DNA from: a virus
Virus record (IMG/VR): IMGVR_UViG_3300037419_001822
Span: 32,001-96,000 of that record
DNA: 64,000 nt
Strand: one strand, 5' to 3'
Shown: positions 47,706-59,175 of the stretch, piece after piece
Layout of the letters: each line of letters opens with the position of its first letter
Numbering within the stretch: the stretch's first letter is position 1
Made by a program: the position numbers and the translations under genes
The notes under the pieces: model-generated
Databases searched by the model: none
What the model was told of the DNA's origin: nothing
The model's input: the letters and a program-made list of their open reading frames with translations, nothing else

Positions 47706-49403
47706 GTGGCCGCGAAGGTCAGCGAGCACGACCGCGTCGTCTACGGCGACCTCGACTACAAGCCGGGGGTTCGGTACGGCTGCATCGAGCCGCGTGTCTG
47801 GACGCCGCCGCTTCGGGAGCTGACGCCGGAGACGTCGCTGGGGTTCGCCGCGATCGAGTTCTCGATCGACGTGCTCGGCCTCAAGCCGTTCCCGTGGCAG
47901 AAATGGCTGCTGATCCACGCCCTGGAAATTGTGGGCGACCTGGACGGCGAATGGCATTTCCGATTCCGCAATGTCTGCGTTCTGATTGCCCGTCAGAATG
48001 GCAAGTCGACGCTCGGGCAGATCCTGTCCCTGTTCTTCCTCTACGTTCTCGCCGTTCCGCTGATTCTCGGCACCGCCCAAGACCTCGACACCGCCGAAGA
48101 GGTCTGGGAAGGCGCCCTCGACATCATCGAGGGCAACGAGGAATTGGCCGCAATGGCCGACAAGCCCATCAAGGTCAACGGCAAGAAGACGATTCGGCTG
48201 CTGACCGGCGAACGCTACAAGGTCAAGGCCGCCTCCCGGCGCGCCGGTCGTGGTCTCTCCGGCGACCTGATCCTCCTGGACGAGCTGCGCGAGCACACGT
48301 CCTGGGAGGCCTGGGGCGCGATCACGAAGACGACCATGGCGCGCGCCAACGCCATGGTGTGGTCCCTGTCCAACGCTGGGGACGTCGCCTCGATCGTCCT
48401 GAGCTACCTGCGCAAGATGGCGCACAAGGCGCTCGGCGACCCGGACGGCATCAACGCCGCCGACGACCCGTCGTCGCTGCTGGACGAGAGCGTCGCCGAC
48501 GACGCCGCCATCGAGGCCGACGACTCCCTCGGCATCTTCGAGTGGTCCGCGCCGCCCGGCTGCGCCACCGACGACCCCGACGGCTGGGCGCAGGCCAACC
48601 CGTCCATGGGCCACGGCATCACCGAGCGGGCCATCAAGTCCGCGCAGCGCACCGACCCGGAGTGGACGTTCCGCACCGAGGTGCTGTGCCAGTGGGCCCC
48701 CGGCGCCCTGGAGGGCGCGTTCCCCGCCGGAACGTGGGAGGCCGGACACGACGGCCCGTGCACCGGGTCCAGCGACTGCGGCGGATGCGCAGACGACAAG
48801 CACGAGCCCGGCTACGCGGGCTCGCAGATCGCCCCCGGCTCCGCGCTGGGCCTGTGCGTGGACGTCTCCTGGGACCGCACGATGGCGCACATCGCCATCG
48901 CGGGCCTCCGCGAGGACGGCCTGCCGCACGTGGAGATCACCGCCTCCCGGGCGGGCACCGAGTGGGTCAAGCTGTGGTTCCAAGACGCCGAGTTCGGGGC
49001 CGCCCGCCGCAAGATCAAGGTGCTCATCCAGCCCACCGCACCGGCCGGGGCGCTCTCGGAGGAGCTGCGCTCCATCGGGGTCGACGTCCAGGACTGGAAG
49101 GGCACCGAACTCGGCCAGTCCTGCGGCCGGTTCTACGACCTGGTCGTCCAGAACGAGCTGCGCCACCTGCCGCAGCCGCTGCTCGACGTCGCCGCCGCCG
49201 TCGCGACCACCCGCCCCCTGCCCGGTGACTCCTGGGCCTGGGACCGCCGCAAGTCACCACTCGACATTGCCCCCCTCGTCGCCGCCACCGGTGCTGTCTG
49301 GCTGATCAGTCCGCGCGCCGTGGAGGTCAAGGAAGCCCAGGTCCACGAATGGCCGACCGACGAGGAGATCGCCGCATGGGAACAGGAGGAACTGAGTCTG
49401 TGA
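47706..49403 (+). CDS. terL: Terminase large subunit
   Basis: PWQ, IARQNGKST (Walker A), LILLDELRE (Walker B), WAQANPSMG, CVDVS and DIAP nuclease motifs. Confidence 0.96.
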   Translation: MAAKVSEHDRVVYGDLDYKPGVRYGCIEPRVWTPPLRELTPETSLGFAAIEFSIDVLGLKPFPWQKWLLIHALEIVGDLDGEWHFRFRNVCVLIARQNGKSTLGQILSLFFLYVLAVPLILGTAQDLDTAEEVWEGALDIIEGNEELAAMADKPIKVNGKKTIRLLTGERYKVKAASRRAGRGLSGDLILLDELREHTSWEAWGAITKTTMARANAMVWSLSNAGDVASIVLSYLRKMAHKALGDPDGINAADDPSSLLDESVADDAAIEADDSLGIFEWSAPPGCATDDPDGWAQANPSMGHGITERAIKSAQRTDPEWTFRTEVLCQWAPGALEGAFPAGTWEAGHDGPCTGSSDCGGCADDKHEPGYAGSQIAPGSALGLCVDVSWDRTMAHIAIAGLREDGLPHVEITASRAGTEWVKLWFQDAEFGAARRKIKVLIQPTAPAGALSEELRSIGVDVQDWKGTELGQSCGRFYDLVVQNELRHLPQPLLDVAAAVATTRPLPGDSWAWDRRKSPLDIAPLVAATGAVWLISPRAVEVKEAQVHEWPTDEEIAAWEQEELSL

Positions 49404-49582
49404 CGCCTCGCGACGTCCTTCGGGACCTCCTCACCACGGTCATCGAGCTGCTCGGCCTCGCCGCGATCGTCTTCGGCGTCTACCTGTACGACCCGCGCGC
49501 AGCGTGGATCGTCGGCGGCCTGCTCGCCGTCGGGCTCGGCTACGTCCTGGCCCCGCCGTCCGCCAAGGGTCCTGACCGGTGA
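49400..49582 (+). CDS. Small two-TM membrane protein
   Basis: Two hydrophobic helices between terL and portal. Confidence 0.7.
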   Translation: MTPRDVLRDLLTTVIELLGLAAIVFGVYLYDPRAAWIVGGLLAVGLGYVLAPPSAKGPDR

Positions 49583-50865
49583 GCCTGGTCCGCCGGGCGC
49601 GCGAACGGCGCGCCGCCCAGCCGTTCGTGCTGCCCACCGGGCAGCCCGGCTGGTACGCGACCACCGACGGGTCCATCCCCACCAACGGGTCGCTGCTGAC
49701 CAACCACTCCGGTGTGCCGGTCACCGAGCACAACTCGCTGCAGCAGTCCACGTTCTACGCCTGCACCCGGCTGCTCGCCGACTCCATCGGCATCCTGCCG
49801 TGGGACAACTTCCGCACCATCGACGGCTTCCCCCGGATCGTCGCCCCGCAGTCGCCGCTGCTGGCCGACCCCGACCCGCTGTTCTCCACGTCGCAGTTCG
49901 ACTTCAAGCACATGCTGGTCACCAGCCTGGCGGTGCGGGGCAACTTCTTCGGCCTGGTCACCTCCCGTGACCGGCTGGAGTACCCGCAGAGCCTGCTGCC
50001 GCTGCACCCCGACTGGGTGCGCCTCGACCGAGACCCCAACACCTGGCGGCTGCGGACCTGGGTGATGGGGGAGCAGGTCGACAACGCCGACATCTTCCAC
50101 ATCCCGTACATGCGGATGCCCGGCTACGACTACGGCCTGTCCCCGGTGACGGTGTTCGCCGAGTCGATCGGCCTCGCGCTGGCGGCCGAGCAGTACGGCG
50201 CGAAGTGGTTCCGCGACGGCGCCAGCCCCAGCTCCGTGCTGGAGACCGACCTGCCGCAGGACGACGACCAGGTCAAGCGGGTCCAGCGCAACTGGGTCTC
50301 CTCGCACGGCGGCAGGCGGCTCCCGGCCGTGCTGTCCGGCGGCTTCAAGTGGAAGCCGATCACCATCACGCCGGAAGAGTCCCAGTTCCTGGAGACCCGC
50401 CAGTTCCAGGTCGCCGAGATCGCCCGCATGTTCGGCGTCCCGCCGCACATGGTCGGCGACGTCGAGCGCTCCACCTCGTGGGGCACCGGCATCGAGCAGC
50501 AGAACATCGGCTTCGTCACGCACACCCTGCTGCCCTGGCTGACCCGCATCGAGTCCGCGTTCAACCGGATCACCCCGCGCGGTCAGCACATGAAGTTCAA
50601 CGTCAATGCGCTGCTGCGGGGCGACCTCAAGAGCCGCTACGAGTCCTACCAGCTCGCCATCGACTCCGGGTTCATGAACCCCGACGAGGCCCGTGGGCTG
50701 GAGGAGATGCCGCCGATCCCCGGCGGCCTGGGCCAGAAGTTCCGGCAGCCGCTGAACATGGCCCCGCTCGGCTACGAGCCGCCGGACCCCGCCCCGGCCC
50801 CCAAGACCACCCCGTCGTCCGGCGCGACCGCGCCGACGCCAAGCTCCGACAACTCAGGAGACTGA
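49579..50865 (+). CDS. HK97-family portal protein
   Basis: GNFFG, LLPLHP, GLSP, QFLETRQF...IARMFGVPPHMVG, NPDEARGLEEMPP. Confidence 0.96.
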   Translation: MSLVRRARERRAAQPFVLPTGQPGWYATTDGSIPTNGSLLTNHSGVPVTEHNSLQQSTFYACTRLLADSIGILPWDNFRTIDGFPRIVAPQSPLLADPDPLFSTSQFDFKHMLVTSLAVRGNFFGLVTSRDRLEYPQSLLPLHPDWVRLDRDPNTWRLRTWVMGEQVDNADIFHIPYMRMPGYDYGLSPVTVFAESIGLALAAEQYGAKWFRDGASPSSVLETDLPQDDDQVKRVQRNWVSSHGGRRLPAVLSGGFKWKPITITPEESQFLETRQFQVAEIARMFGVPPHMVGDVERSTSWGTGIEQQNIGFVTHTLLPWLTRIESAFNRITPRGQHMKFNVNALLRGDLKSRYESYQLAIDSGFMNPDEARGLEEMPPIPGGLGQKFRQPLNMAPLGYEPPDPAPAPKTTPSSGATAPTPSSDNSGD

Positions 50866-50866
50866 C

Positions 50867-51223
50867 ATGTCCTTCCGTCAGGCCAACGCTGCGGTCGCCC
50901 TCTCCGGTGCGATCACCGCCACCACCAACGGTCCCGCCCTGCGCGTCCCCGGCGGCGAGGGCGGCTCGCACGTCGTCGTCGCCGTCCACGTCTCGGCCGT
51001 CTCCGGCACCACGCCGTCGCTGACCCCCAAGCTGCAGGACTCCGCCGACGGCAGCACCGGCTGGGCCGACGTCACCGGCGCGGCCGGGACGGCGCTGACC
51101 GCCGCCGGGAACGTGCTGTTCAACGGCCACACGACCAAGAAGTTCGTGCGCGTTGTCGCCACCGTCTCCGGCACCACGCCGAGCCTCACCACCACCGCGA
51201 CCGTCTTCGGCGCGAAGGCCTGA
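50867..51223 (+). CDS. Beta-rich virion-associated protein (possible capsid decoration)
   Basis: Between portal and protease; VSGTTPSLT occurs twice. Confidence 0.6.
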   Translation: MSFRQANAAVALSGAITATTNGPALRVPGGEGGSHVVVAVHVSAVSGTTPSLTPKLQDSADGSTGWADVTGAAGTALTAAGNVLFNGHTTKKFVRVVATVSGTTPSLTTTATVFGAKA

Positions 51224-51283
51224 TCCCACCCCTCCTCGGCCAGCCGCCCACGCGAGGACGACCCGTGAAGGGAACCACCCCCC

Positions 51284-52267
51284 ATGGATGAAAAGCGCGC
51301 AGCGATGCTGCTCGGCACCCTGGAGCGCCGCACCCGGCCCGCCGAGGTCGAGATCCGCTCCGACGGCGACAGCAACAGCTTCACGGTGCGCGGCTACGCC
51401 AGCGTGGTCGAGCACGCCTACGACGTGTACGGCGGCCCCGAGAAGGGTGGCTGGACGGAGACGATCGCACGTGACGCGTTCGCCAAGACGCTGGCCGACA
51501 ACCCGGACGTGGCGTTCCTCATCAACCACGACGGCATCCCGCTGGCCCGCACCCGGTCCGGCACGCTGACGCTGTCCGCCGACAACACCGGCCTGGCGTC
51601 GGAGGCTTCGATCGATGGGGCCTCCCCGCTCGGCCAGACCTTGCGGTCGGCGATGGGGCGCGGCGACCTCGACCAGATGAGCTTCGGCTTCCGGGTCACC
51701 CGTCAGGAGTGGAACGAGGAGTACACCGAGCGGCGCATCACCGAGGTCAGCCTCGACCACGGCGACGTCTCGATCGTCACCTACCCGGCGAACCCGGCCA
51801 CGTCGATGAGCATCGTGTCGGCCCGCTCGGCGGTGAACTTCCTCCGCGAGAGCGAGCTGGCCGAGATCCGCGCCGAGGTCACCCCCGACGAGCTGCGCGA
51901 GGCCCGCGAGCGTCTCGACGGCCTCCTGTCCGGGCTCATGACGCCGGACGAGGTCCGCGCGGCCGACGCCGAGGACGACGCCGAGGAGCGTGAGGAGACC
52001 GCCGCCGGGACCGTCACGGTCGACGTCGAGCTGGGCACCATCAACGCCGACGGCCTCCGCGAGCTGGTCGAGCGCATGGTCGCCGACGCTCTCCGCGCCG
52101 CCGCCCCGGCCGCCGAGGACGAGCAGCCCCCGGCCGAGGACGAGGAGCGCACCGAGGACTCGACCGAGACCGAGGAGCGTGCCGAGGAGGCCCCGGCCGA
52201 GACCGAGGTCCGCAGCGGTGGCCTGTCACTGGCCCACGCTCGCCGCCTCGCCCTGCTCGACATCTGA
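51284..52267 (+). CDS. HK97-family prohead protease with acidic C-terminal extension
   Basis: GYASV, INHDG..LART, QMSFGFRV, DVSIVTYPA. Confidence 0.93.
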   Translation: MDEKRAAMLLGTLERRTRPAEVEIRSDGDSNSFTVRGYASVVEHAYDVYGGPEKGGWTETIARDAFAKTLADNPDVAFLINHDGIPLARTRSGTLTLSADNTGLASEASIDGASPLGQTLRSAMGRGDLDQMSFGFRVTRQEWNEEYTERRITEVSLDHGDVSIVTYPANPATSMSIVSARSAVNFLRESELAEIRAEVTPDELREARERLDGLLSGLMTPDEVRAADAEDDAEEREETAAGTVTVDVELGTINADGLRELVERMVADALRAAAPAAEDEQPPAEDEERTEDSTETEERAEEAPAETEVRSGGLSLAHARRLALLDI

Positions 52268-52336
52268 TCCCGGGCGGCCCCAGAGCCGCCCGTCTACCGC
52301 GCCCCGCTCTGGGAGCGCGGATCCCCCGATGCCCGT

Positions 52337-52427
52337 CACGCCGCAGCACCTGAGCCCCGCGCCGCAGCACCCGACCGACTGATCCTCGGCCGCGCCGCTG
52401 CACCCGAGGCCCACGCCGCTGCACCTG
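52337..52427 (+). repeat. Four copies of C(A/G)CGCCGC(A/T)GCACC(C/T)G in the capsid-gene leader
   Basis: Copies at 52337, 52358, 52391, 52412. Confidence 0.8.
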
Positions 52428-52471
52428 GCTGGCTAACCAACTGATCCAACTGCCGAAAGGAGTCATCCGCG

Positions 52472-53848
52472 ATGAGCGAGATGATCAAGCGGCTGATGGC
52501 CAAGCTGGACGCCGCCGACGAGCGCCGTTCCGAGGTCATCACCGCCCGTAAGGCCCTGCTGGACACCGCCGAGGCGGAGCAGCGGGCTGACCTGACCGAG
52601 GTCGAGGCCACGGAGTTCCGGGCCAAGACCGACGAGATCAAGGCCATCGACGCCGAGATCGCCGAGCTGCGCGAGCGCGTGGCCGACCTGGAGGCCGAGG
52701 AGGCCCGCACCGCCGAGGCCGCCAAGCGCGCCGCCGAGCGGAAGCTGCCCGTGGGTGGCGCTCAGGTCACCTCCGAGGAGCTGACCTACCGCAAGAACAA
52801 CGGCCAGTCCTACATCAAGGACCTGGCGCAGGGCACGATCATGAACGACTGGGAGGCCCGCGAGCGCCTCGCCCGTCACGCCAACGAGGTCAAGAAGGCC
52901 CCCGAGTTCCAGGAGCTTCGTGCCCTGGACCGGACCGACGGCAACGGTGGCTACTTCGTGCCCCCGGCGTGGCTGATGAACGAGTGGATCGAGCTGGCCC
53001 GCCCGGGTCGCCCGACCGCGAACCTCGTCAAGACGCTGGCCCTGCCGCCCGGCACGGACTCGATCAACATCCCGCGTGTCACCAGCGGGACGTCGACCGC
53101 GATCCAGACCGCCGACGGCCAGACCGTCAGCGAGACCGACCTGAACGACGACTCGATCAACGTGCCGGTCCGCACCATCGCCGGTACGCAGACGATGAGC
53201 CAGCAGCTCCTCGACCAGTCGCCGCTCAACTTCGACCAGATCGTCTTCGCGGACCTCCTGGCCGACTACGCGGTCAAGCTGGACCTGCAGGTGCTCAACG
53301 GTTCGGGTTCCACGGGTCAGATGCTCGGCCTGCTCCAGACGGGCAGCATCGGCTCGGTCGCCGTCACCACGGTCGACGCGAACGGCATCTACAACGCGTT
53401 CGCGAACGCCGGTCAGGGCATGCACACCAGCCGGTTCCGCTCGCCCGAGGTCGCCGTCATGCACCCGCGCCGCTGGGCGTGGCTGCTGGCGCAGGTCGAC
53501 TCCGCCGGTCGTCCGCTGGTCGTGCCCCGCTCGCAGGCCCCGTCCAACTCGATGGGCACCGGTGGCCTCCTGACCCCCGAGGGCCCGGTCGGCGACTTCC
53601 TGGGCGTGCCGGTCGTGCTCGACGCCTCGGTGCCGACCAACGTCAACAGCACCGAGGACGTCATCCTGCTGCTCCGTCCGAGCGACTACCTGCTCTACGA
53701 GTCGTCCATCCGGACGCGGACGCTGCCGGAGATCAAGTCCAACACCCTGCAGGTCGTCGTGCAGTGCTACGGGTACACGGCGTTCTCCGCCGAGCGCTAC
53801 CCGGCGTCGACCTACAAGGTCACCGGCCTCACGGCCCCGACGTTCTGA
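52472..53848 (+). CDS. HK97-fold major capsid protein with N-terminal delta (scaffold) domain
   Basis: Coiled-coil N-terminus; GGYFVPP, SQQLLDQS, LNGSG, MHPRRW, FLGVPV; GAAAGGAG RBS. Confidence 0.95.
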   Translation: MSEMIKRLMAKLDAADERRSEVITARKALLDTAEAEQRADLTEVEATEFRAKTDEIKAIDAEIAELRERVADLEAEEARTAEAAKRAAERKLPVGGAQVTSEELTYRKNNGQSYIKDLAQGTIMNDWEARERLARHANEVKKAPEFQELRALDRTDGNGGYFVPPAWLMNEWIELARPGRPTANLVKTLALPPGTDSINIPRVTSGTSTAIQTADGQTVSETDLNDDSINVPVRTIAGTQTMSQQLLDQSPLNFDQIVFADLLADYAVKLDLQVLNGSGSTGQMLGLLQTGSIGSVAVTTVDANGIYNAFANAGQGMHTSRFRSPEVAVMHPRRWAWLLAQVDSAGRPLVVPRSQAPSNSMGTGGLLTPEGPVGDFLGVPVVLDASVPTNVNSTEDVILLLRPSDYLLYESSIRTRTLPEIKSNTLQVVVQCYGYTAFSAERYPASTYKVTGLTAPTF

Positions 53849-53864
53849 CCTTGGTCTGAACGTC

Positions 53865-53912
53865 TGACTGCCCCCGGGGCGTCGTCTACCACAGGCGCTC
53901 CGGGGGCAGTCA
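53865..53912 (+). terminator. Long hairpin after capsid gene
   Basis: TGACTGCCCCCGG...CCGGGGGCAGTCA inverted repeat. Confidence 0.7.
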
Positions 53913-53936
53913 CCCCCATGCAGTAAGGTTGACCAC

Positions 53937-55477
<1,541 letters not shown>

Positions 55478-55572
55478 TCGGTGCCGAGCGCCCCCGAGCC
55501 CGCGCCCGAGCCTGCGCCGGATCCTGACCGGTCCAAGCCACCCGTTCGCCGCCCGCCTCGGAGGAGACTGCC

Positions 55573-56112
55573 ATGTCCTGGCCCCCGCTGACCTCCGACG
55601 GCGATCTGGCCGCGTTCCCCGGCGCGCCGTACGCCGACTCGATCGTGCGCTCGGCCGAGGCGTCGGTGCGCCGCGACTGCGGCAACTGGCACATCGCGCC
55701 GGAGTTCCGCGAGACCGTCGTCGTGGAGTGCGACAACCCGTGCTGGCTGGTGCTGCCGACCCGCAGGGTGGTCACGCTGCACACGGTCACCGAGGACGAC
55801 ACCTCGACGGCGATCACCGGGGCCCGGGTCCGCGAGGGCGGCACGCTGCTGCCGCCGGTCGGCGGCCCCCGCTTCGTGGTCGGCTACACGTACTCGATCG
55901 ACATGACGCACGGCTACGCGGCGGCCGAGGATCTGCTGCCGACGGTCGCGGCCCGCTGCCAGCGCGCCCAGGTCGACGCGGTGCTCACCCAGCGGTCGGA
56001 GACCGTCGGGCAGCGCACCTCCTCGGAGTCGTACAACATCAACCGGCTGCAGTTGGAGGCCGGGGCCGACGCGCTGTCGCAGTTCCGGCTGCCGCCGAGG
56101 TTCGGTGCCTGA
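55573..56112 (+). CDS. Head-to-tail adaptor
   Basis: VRRDCGNWHIAP, LVLPT, MTHGY; position. Confidence 0.8.
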   Translation: MSWPPLTSDGDLAAFPGAPYADSIVRSAEASVRRDCGNWHIAPEFRETVVVECDNPCWLVLPTRRVVTLHTVTEDDTSTAITGARVREGGTLLPPVGGPRFVVGYTYSIDMTHGYAAAEDLLPTVAARCQRAQVDAVLTQRSETVGQRTSSESYNINRLQLEAGADALSQFRLPPRFGA

Positions 56113-56474
56113 TGCCGCAGCTCGGGCAGGAGTTCTACCTCACCCAGTCGGTGACGCAGCGGAAGGTGCGGCTGGCCGACCCGCCGCAGACCGACTCGCG
56201 GGGCAACGACGTGTACACGACGTCCACGGTGACGCTGACCGGCGTGTTCTGGGAGCCCCGGCTGTCCACGGGGGTCGAGGACACCGACCGGCAGCAGCAC
56301 GTCGAGGAGGGCATGGACCTGTTCTGCGCCGACCCGGCCGCCGACATCGAGGAGACCGACGAGTTCTCGATCGACGGGCAGTGGTTCAAGGTGTCCGCCC
56401 CGGTGCGCCGCTACACGAACACCCGCATGGACAACGACTACTGCCAGGCCATCCTGAGGCTGGTGAAGGGCTGA
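56112..56474 (+). CDS. Head-to-tail stopper
   Basis: DSRGND...DEFSIDGQWFKV...LRLVKG; position. Confidence 0.75.
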   Translation: MPQLGQEFYLTQSVTQRKVRLADPPQTDSRGNDVYTTSTVTLTGVFWEPRLSTGVEDTDRQQHVEEGMDLFCADPAADIEETDEFSIDGQWFKVSAPVRRYTNTRMDNDYCQAILRLVKG

Positions 56475-56767
56475 TGGCCGACGTCCCGCCGGTCTACGAC
56501 CAGCTCGGCAAGATCATCGTGAGCAGCAAGCGGGTGCGCCAGGCCATCGACGCCAAGCGGGCCCGGGTGCAGGCCGAGGCCGAGCGGATCGCCGCCGCCG
56601 AGGCCCCCGAGGTCCACATCGGCACCGCCGACGGGGTCCGGCCCGGCGTGCACGCCGACGACCGCGCGCCGCGCATGTTCGCCCGCGTCGAGGCCCCCAT
56701 GGACCAGGAGTTCGGCACCAGGTTCGTGGAGATCCGCCGCATCCTCGGCCGGTCGAGGGACGCCTGA
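56474..56767 (+). CDS. Neck/tail completion protein
   Basis: EFGT...RRILGR motif; position. Confidence 0.7.
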   Translation: MADVPPVYDQLGKIIVSSKRVRQAIDAKRARVQAEAERIAAAEAPEVHIGTADGVRPGVHADDRAPRMFARVEAPMDQEFGTRFVEIRRILGRSRDA

Positions 56768-57162
56768 TGGCCTTCACCTCCCGCGTCGGCAACCCGACCA
56801 ACGCCACCATGCTCGTGCTGCAGTGGCTGACCGGGTTCGACCCGAACGTCCGCGTCGTCACCAAGCTGCCCACCCCGATCCCGGCCGACGGGGTCGTGTG
56901 GGTCAAGAGCGTCGGCGGGTTCGCCGACTGGGACGAGGCCCGCATCCGGGTCGACGTCCAGGTGCTCATCCCCGGCGACGACGGGGCGACCGATCCGATC
57001 TGCGCGAACGTGCACATCCGGATGGGCCAGCTCGGCGGGCAGACCGTCAACGGGCAGGGCGTGCACCTCGTGCGCTGCATGAGCCCGTTCACCCAGCACT
57101 TCTGGGCCGAAGACGTGGACCGCCAGCTCGCCACGTACGAGCTGACGCTGCCCGTCCTCTAA
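56767..57162 (+). CDS. Tail terminator
   Basis: VKSVGG...RVDVQV; position before tail tube. Confidence 0.7.
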   Translation: MAFTSRVGNPTNATMLVLQWLTGFDPNVRVVTKLPTPIPADGVVWVKSVGGFADWDEARIRVDVQVLIPGDDGATDPICANVHIRMGQLGGQTVNGQGVHLVRCMSPFTQHFWAEDVDRQLATYELTLPVL

Positions 57163-57246
57163 ATCCGTCCACCCACGCCCAACCGCTACCCGCCAGGGGA
57201 CGCGGATCCGACCCATGCCCTTTCCCCTGAGTAAAGGAGTACAGCG

Positions 57247-57909
57247 GTGGCAGTCGTCACTGGTACTGACATCTCGACCTTCGAGGGCGGCGACGCCTCG
57301 ATCGTCCTCCGGCCCACCAAGATGGCCATCCTCATCGCCCCGCCCGGCACCGCCGCGCTGACGACGATCGTGGACGCCACCGACGGCACGCACCTCTCCC
57401 TGCCGGGCGAGTTCAAGTCCGTCGGCTACCTGGAGAAGTCCGACGGTCTCGGCCTCGCGCCGAAGATCGACACCTCCCCGTCGGAGGCCTACGGCCAGAC
57501 CCAGCCGATCAACTACTACATCACGGGCTCGACGTTCACGGCGAGCTTCACGATGAAGGAGACCAGCAAGGCCGTCCTCGACGCCTACCTGGCGATGGAC
57601 CTGTCCGGCGTCTCGGCCAGCGGCACCACCAAGGAGGTGAAGATCACCACCCCGGACGTGCCGAGTGTGCGCTACCCGGCGCTGCTGGCGGTCGGCCAGC
57701 ACAAGCAGGGCGCCGACGCGATCTGGGTGGCTCACTACATGCCCCGCGTGATGATCACGGACATGAAGGAGCAGGGCTGGAAGGACGACGCCGACATGAC
57801 GTACGGCGTCACCTACACCGCCCTGGTGGACGACACCCTCGGCACCGCGCGTGACATCTTCATCGCCGGTCCGGGCATGGTCGCCGGTTCCACCGCGATG
57901 GGCTTCTGA
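57247..57909 (+). CDS. Major tail (tube) protein
   Basis: AAAGGAG RBS; FKSVGYL..DGL, FTMKET, YGVTYTA. Confidence 0.85.
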   Translation: MAVVTGTDISTFEGGDASIVLRPTKMAILIAPPGTAALTTIVDATDGTHLSLPGEFKSVGYLEKSDGLGLAPKIDTSPSEAYGQTQPINYYITGSTFTASFTMKETSKAVLDAYLAMDLSGVSASGTTKEVKITTPDVPSVRYPALLAVGQHKQGADAIWVAHYMPRVMITDMKEQGWKDDADMTYGVTYTALVDDTLGTARDIFIAGPGMVAGSTAMGF

Positions 57910-57923
57910 CCCGTCGCTCAGTC

Positions 57924-57969
57924 GGCGGCGGCGGGCCCGTTTATGTGGGTGGACCGGCCCGCCGCCGCT
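57924..57969 (+). terminator. Hairpin after tail tube gene
   Basis: GGCGGCGGGCC...GGCCCGCCGCC. Confidence 0.55.
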
Positions 57970-58028
57970 CCCTTCTGAACCTCCCGTCCACACCCACGCC
58001 TCTCCCACTGGACGGAAGGAACTTCGTC

Positions 58029-58235
58029 ATGCCCTTCTCCCTGATCGCCCCCGACGGCCGCCAGGTCACCGTCGAGAAGCCCGCGCTGGCCGTCCGGCTG
58101 CGCGCCCAGGGCTACCGCGACGCCGACCCGGAGCCGGAGCTGTCGGCCACCGAGCCGCTGCACGACGAGCCGGTCGTCACCGAGCACGTCTTCGTGGAGC
58201 TGCACGACTCCGCGACCGCGCACGACGACTTCTGA
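58029..58235 (+). CDS. Small hypothetical protein
   Basis: GGAAGGAA RBS. Confidence 0.65.
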   Translation: MPFSLIAPDGRQVTVEKPALAVRLRAQGYRDADPEPELSATEPLHDEPVVTEHVFVELHDSATAHDDF

Positions 58236-58275
58236 CCCCCGCACCACCCAACCCACACAGAAGGACAGCACACCC

Positions 58276-58680
58276 ATGCCTCCGTCCGCCCGCCGCACCC
58301 CCGCCAAGAAGACCCCGTCCAAGCCGCAGCACGGCCTGTTCGAGCGCCTGCGCGCCGAGGCCATGGACGAGGTGCCGGAGATCGAGCCGTACGTCATCCG
58401 CGACGTCGACCCGCCGATCGTCATCGAGTCCCCGGACTCGGCCGAGCAGCAGCTCGCGCTGGCCGCGATGTTCGACAACCAGGGCAACTTCGCCCTCGCC
58501 GACGCCCGGCTGATCCTGCAGACCGTCTGCGGCGGCGCGTTCCCGGCCGTCTGGGAGCTGGTCCGGCACGAGAAGCTGCCGGTGCTGCTGGCCCTGATCC
58601 GCGACATGGGCGAGCACTTCAAGGAGCAGGGCGCGCTGGCCTCCGGCGTCGAGGAGGACGACTTCCCGGGGGGCTCGTAG
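58276..58680 (+). CDS. Tail assembly chaperone (gpG-like)
   Basis: Position; ends in slippery CCCGGGGGGC. Confidence 0.8.
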   Translation: MPPSARRTPAKKTPSKPQHGLFERLRAEAMDEVPEIEPYVIRDVDPPIVIESPDSAEQQLALAAMFDNQGNFALADARLILQTVCGGAFPAVWELVRHEKLPVLLALIRDMGEHFKEQGALASGVEEDDFPGGS

Positions 58681-59171
58681 GCCTTGTCGTCCAGCTCGAC
58701 CGGTACGGCAAGGCCATCGAGCTTGACCTGTGGGAGCGCCAGGACGACCTGCGGGACTATCTGAACGGCCGTAAGCCGCTGCGTCGGCTGGCCAACATCC
58801 TGCAGCACCTGCCCGTCGCCTCGCACTACGTCACCGCCAAGCGCAACGACCCGGTGCTGGCCGAGGCGACGGTCGCCGCCGCCCCGCAGGACAAGGGGCG
58901 GCGGCCCAAGGTCACCCCGCCGCCCACCGAGTGGGACACCCCCACCGAGGTGATGGCGGCGATCTTCGACCGGATCGGCGCGCTGATCGTCGCCGTCCAG
59001 AACGGCTACGCGGCCGAGCCGATCCGCGAGGCCCCGCCGCCGTACCCGCGCCCGGTCACCGAGACCGAGCGGGCGAAGAAGCGGGCCGACGACGCCGAGG
59101 ACCACGCCCTGAACGACCTGATCGCGCAGGCCCACGAGACGCATCGCAGACAACTCAACAGGGAGGGGTGA
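58665..59171 (+). CDS. Tail assembly chaperone -1 frameshift extension (gpT-like)
   Basis: -1 frame open from 58665 to 59171 (LDRYGKAIELDL...HLPVASHY). Confidence 0.75.
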   Translation, partial: PGGLVGLVVQLDRYGKAIELDLWERQDDLRDYLNGRKPLRRLANILQHLPVASHYVTAKRNDPVLAEATVAAAPQDKGRRPKVTPPPTEWDTPTEVMAAIFDRIGALIVAVQNGYAAEPIREAPPPYPRPVTETERAKKRADDAEDHALNDLIAQAHETHRRQLNREG

Positions 59172-59175
59172 CCCC

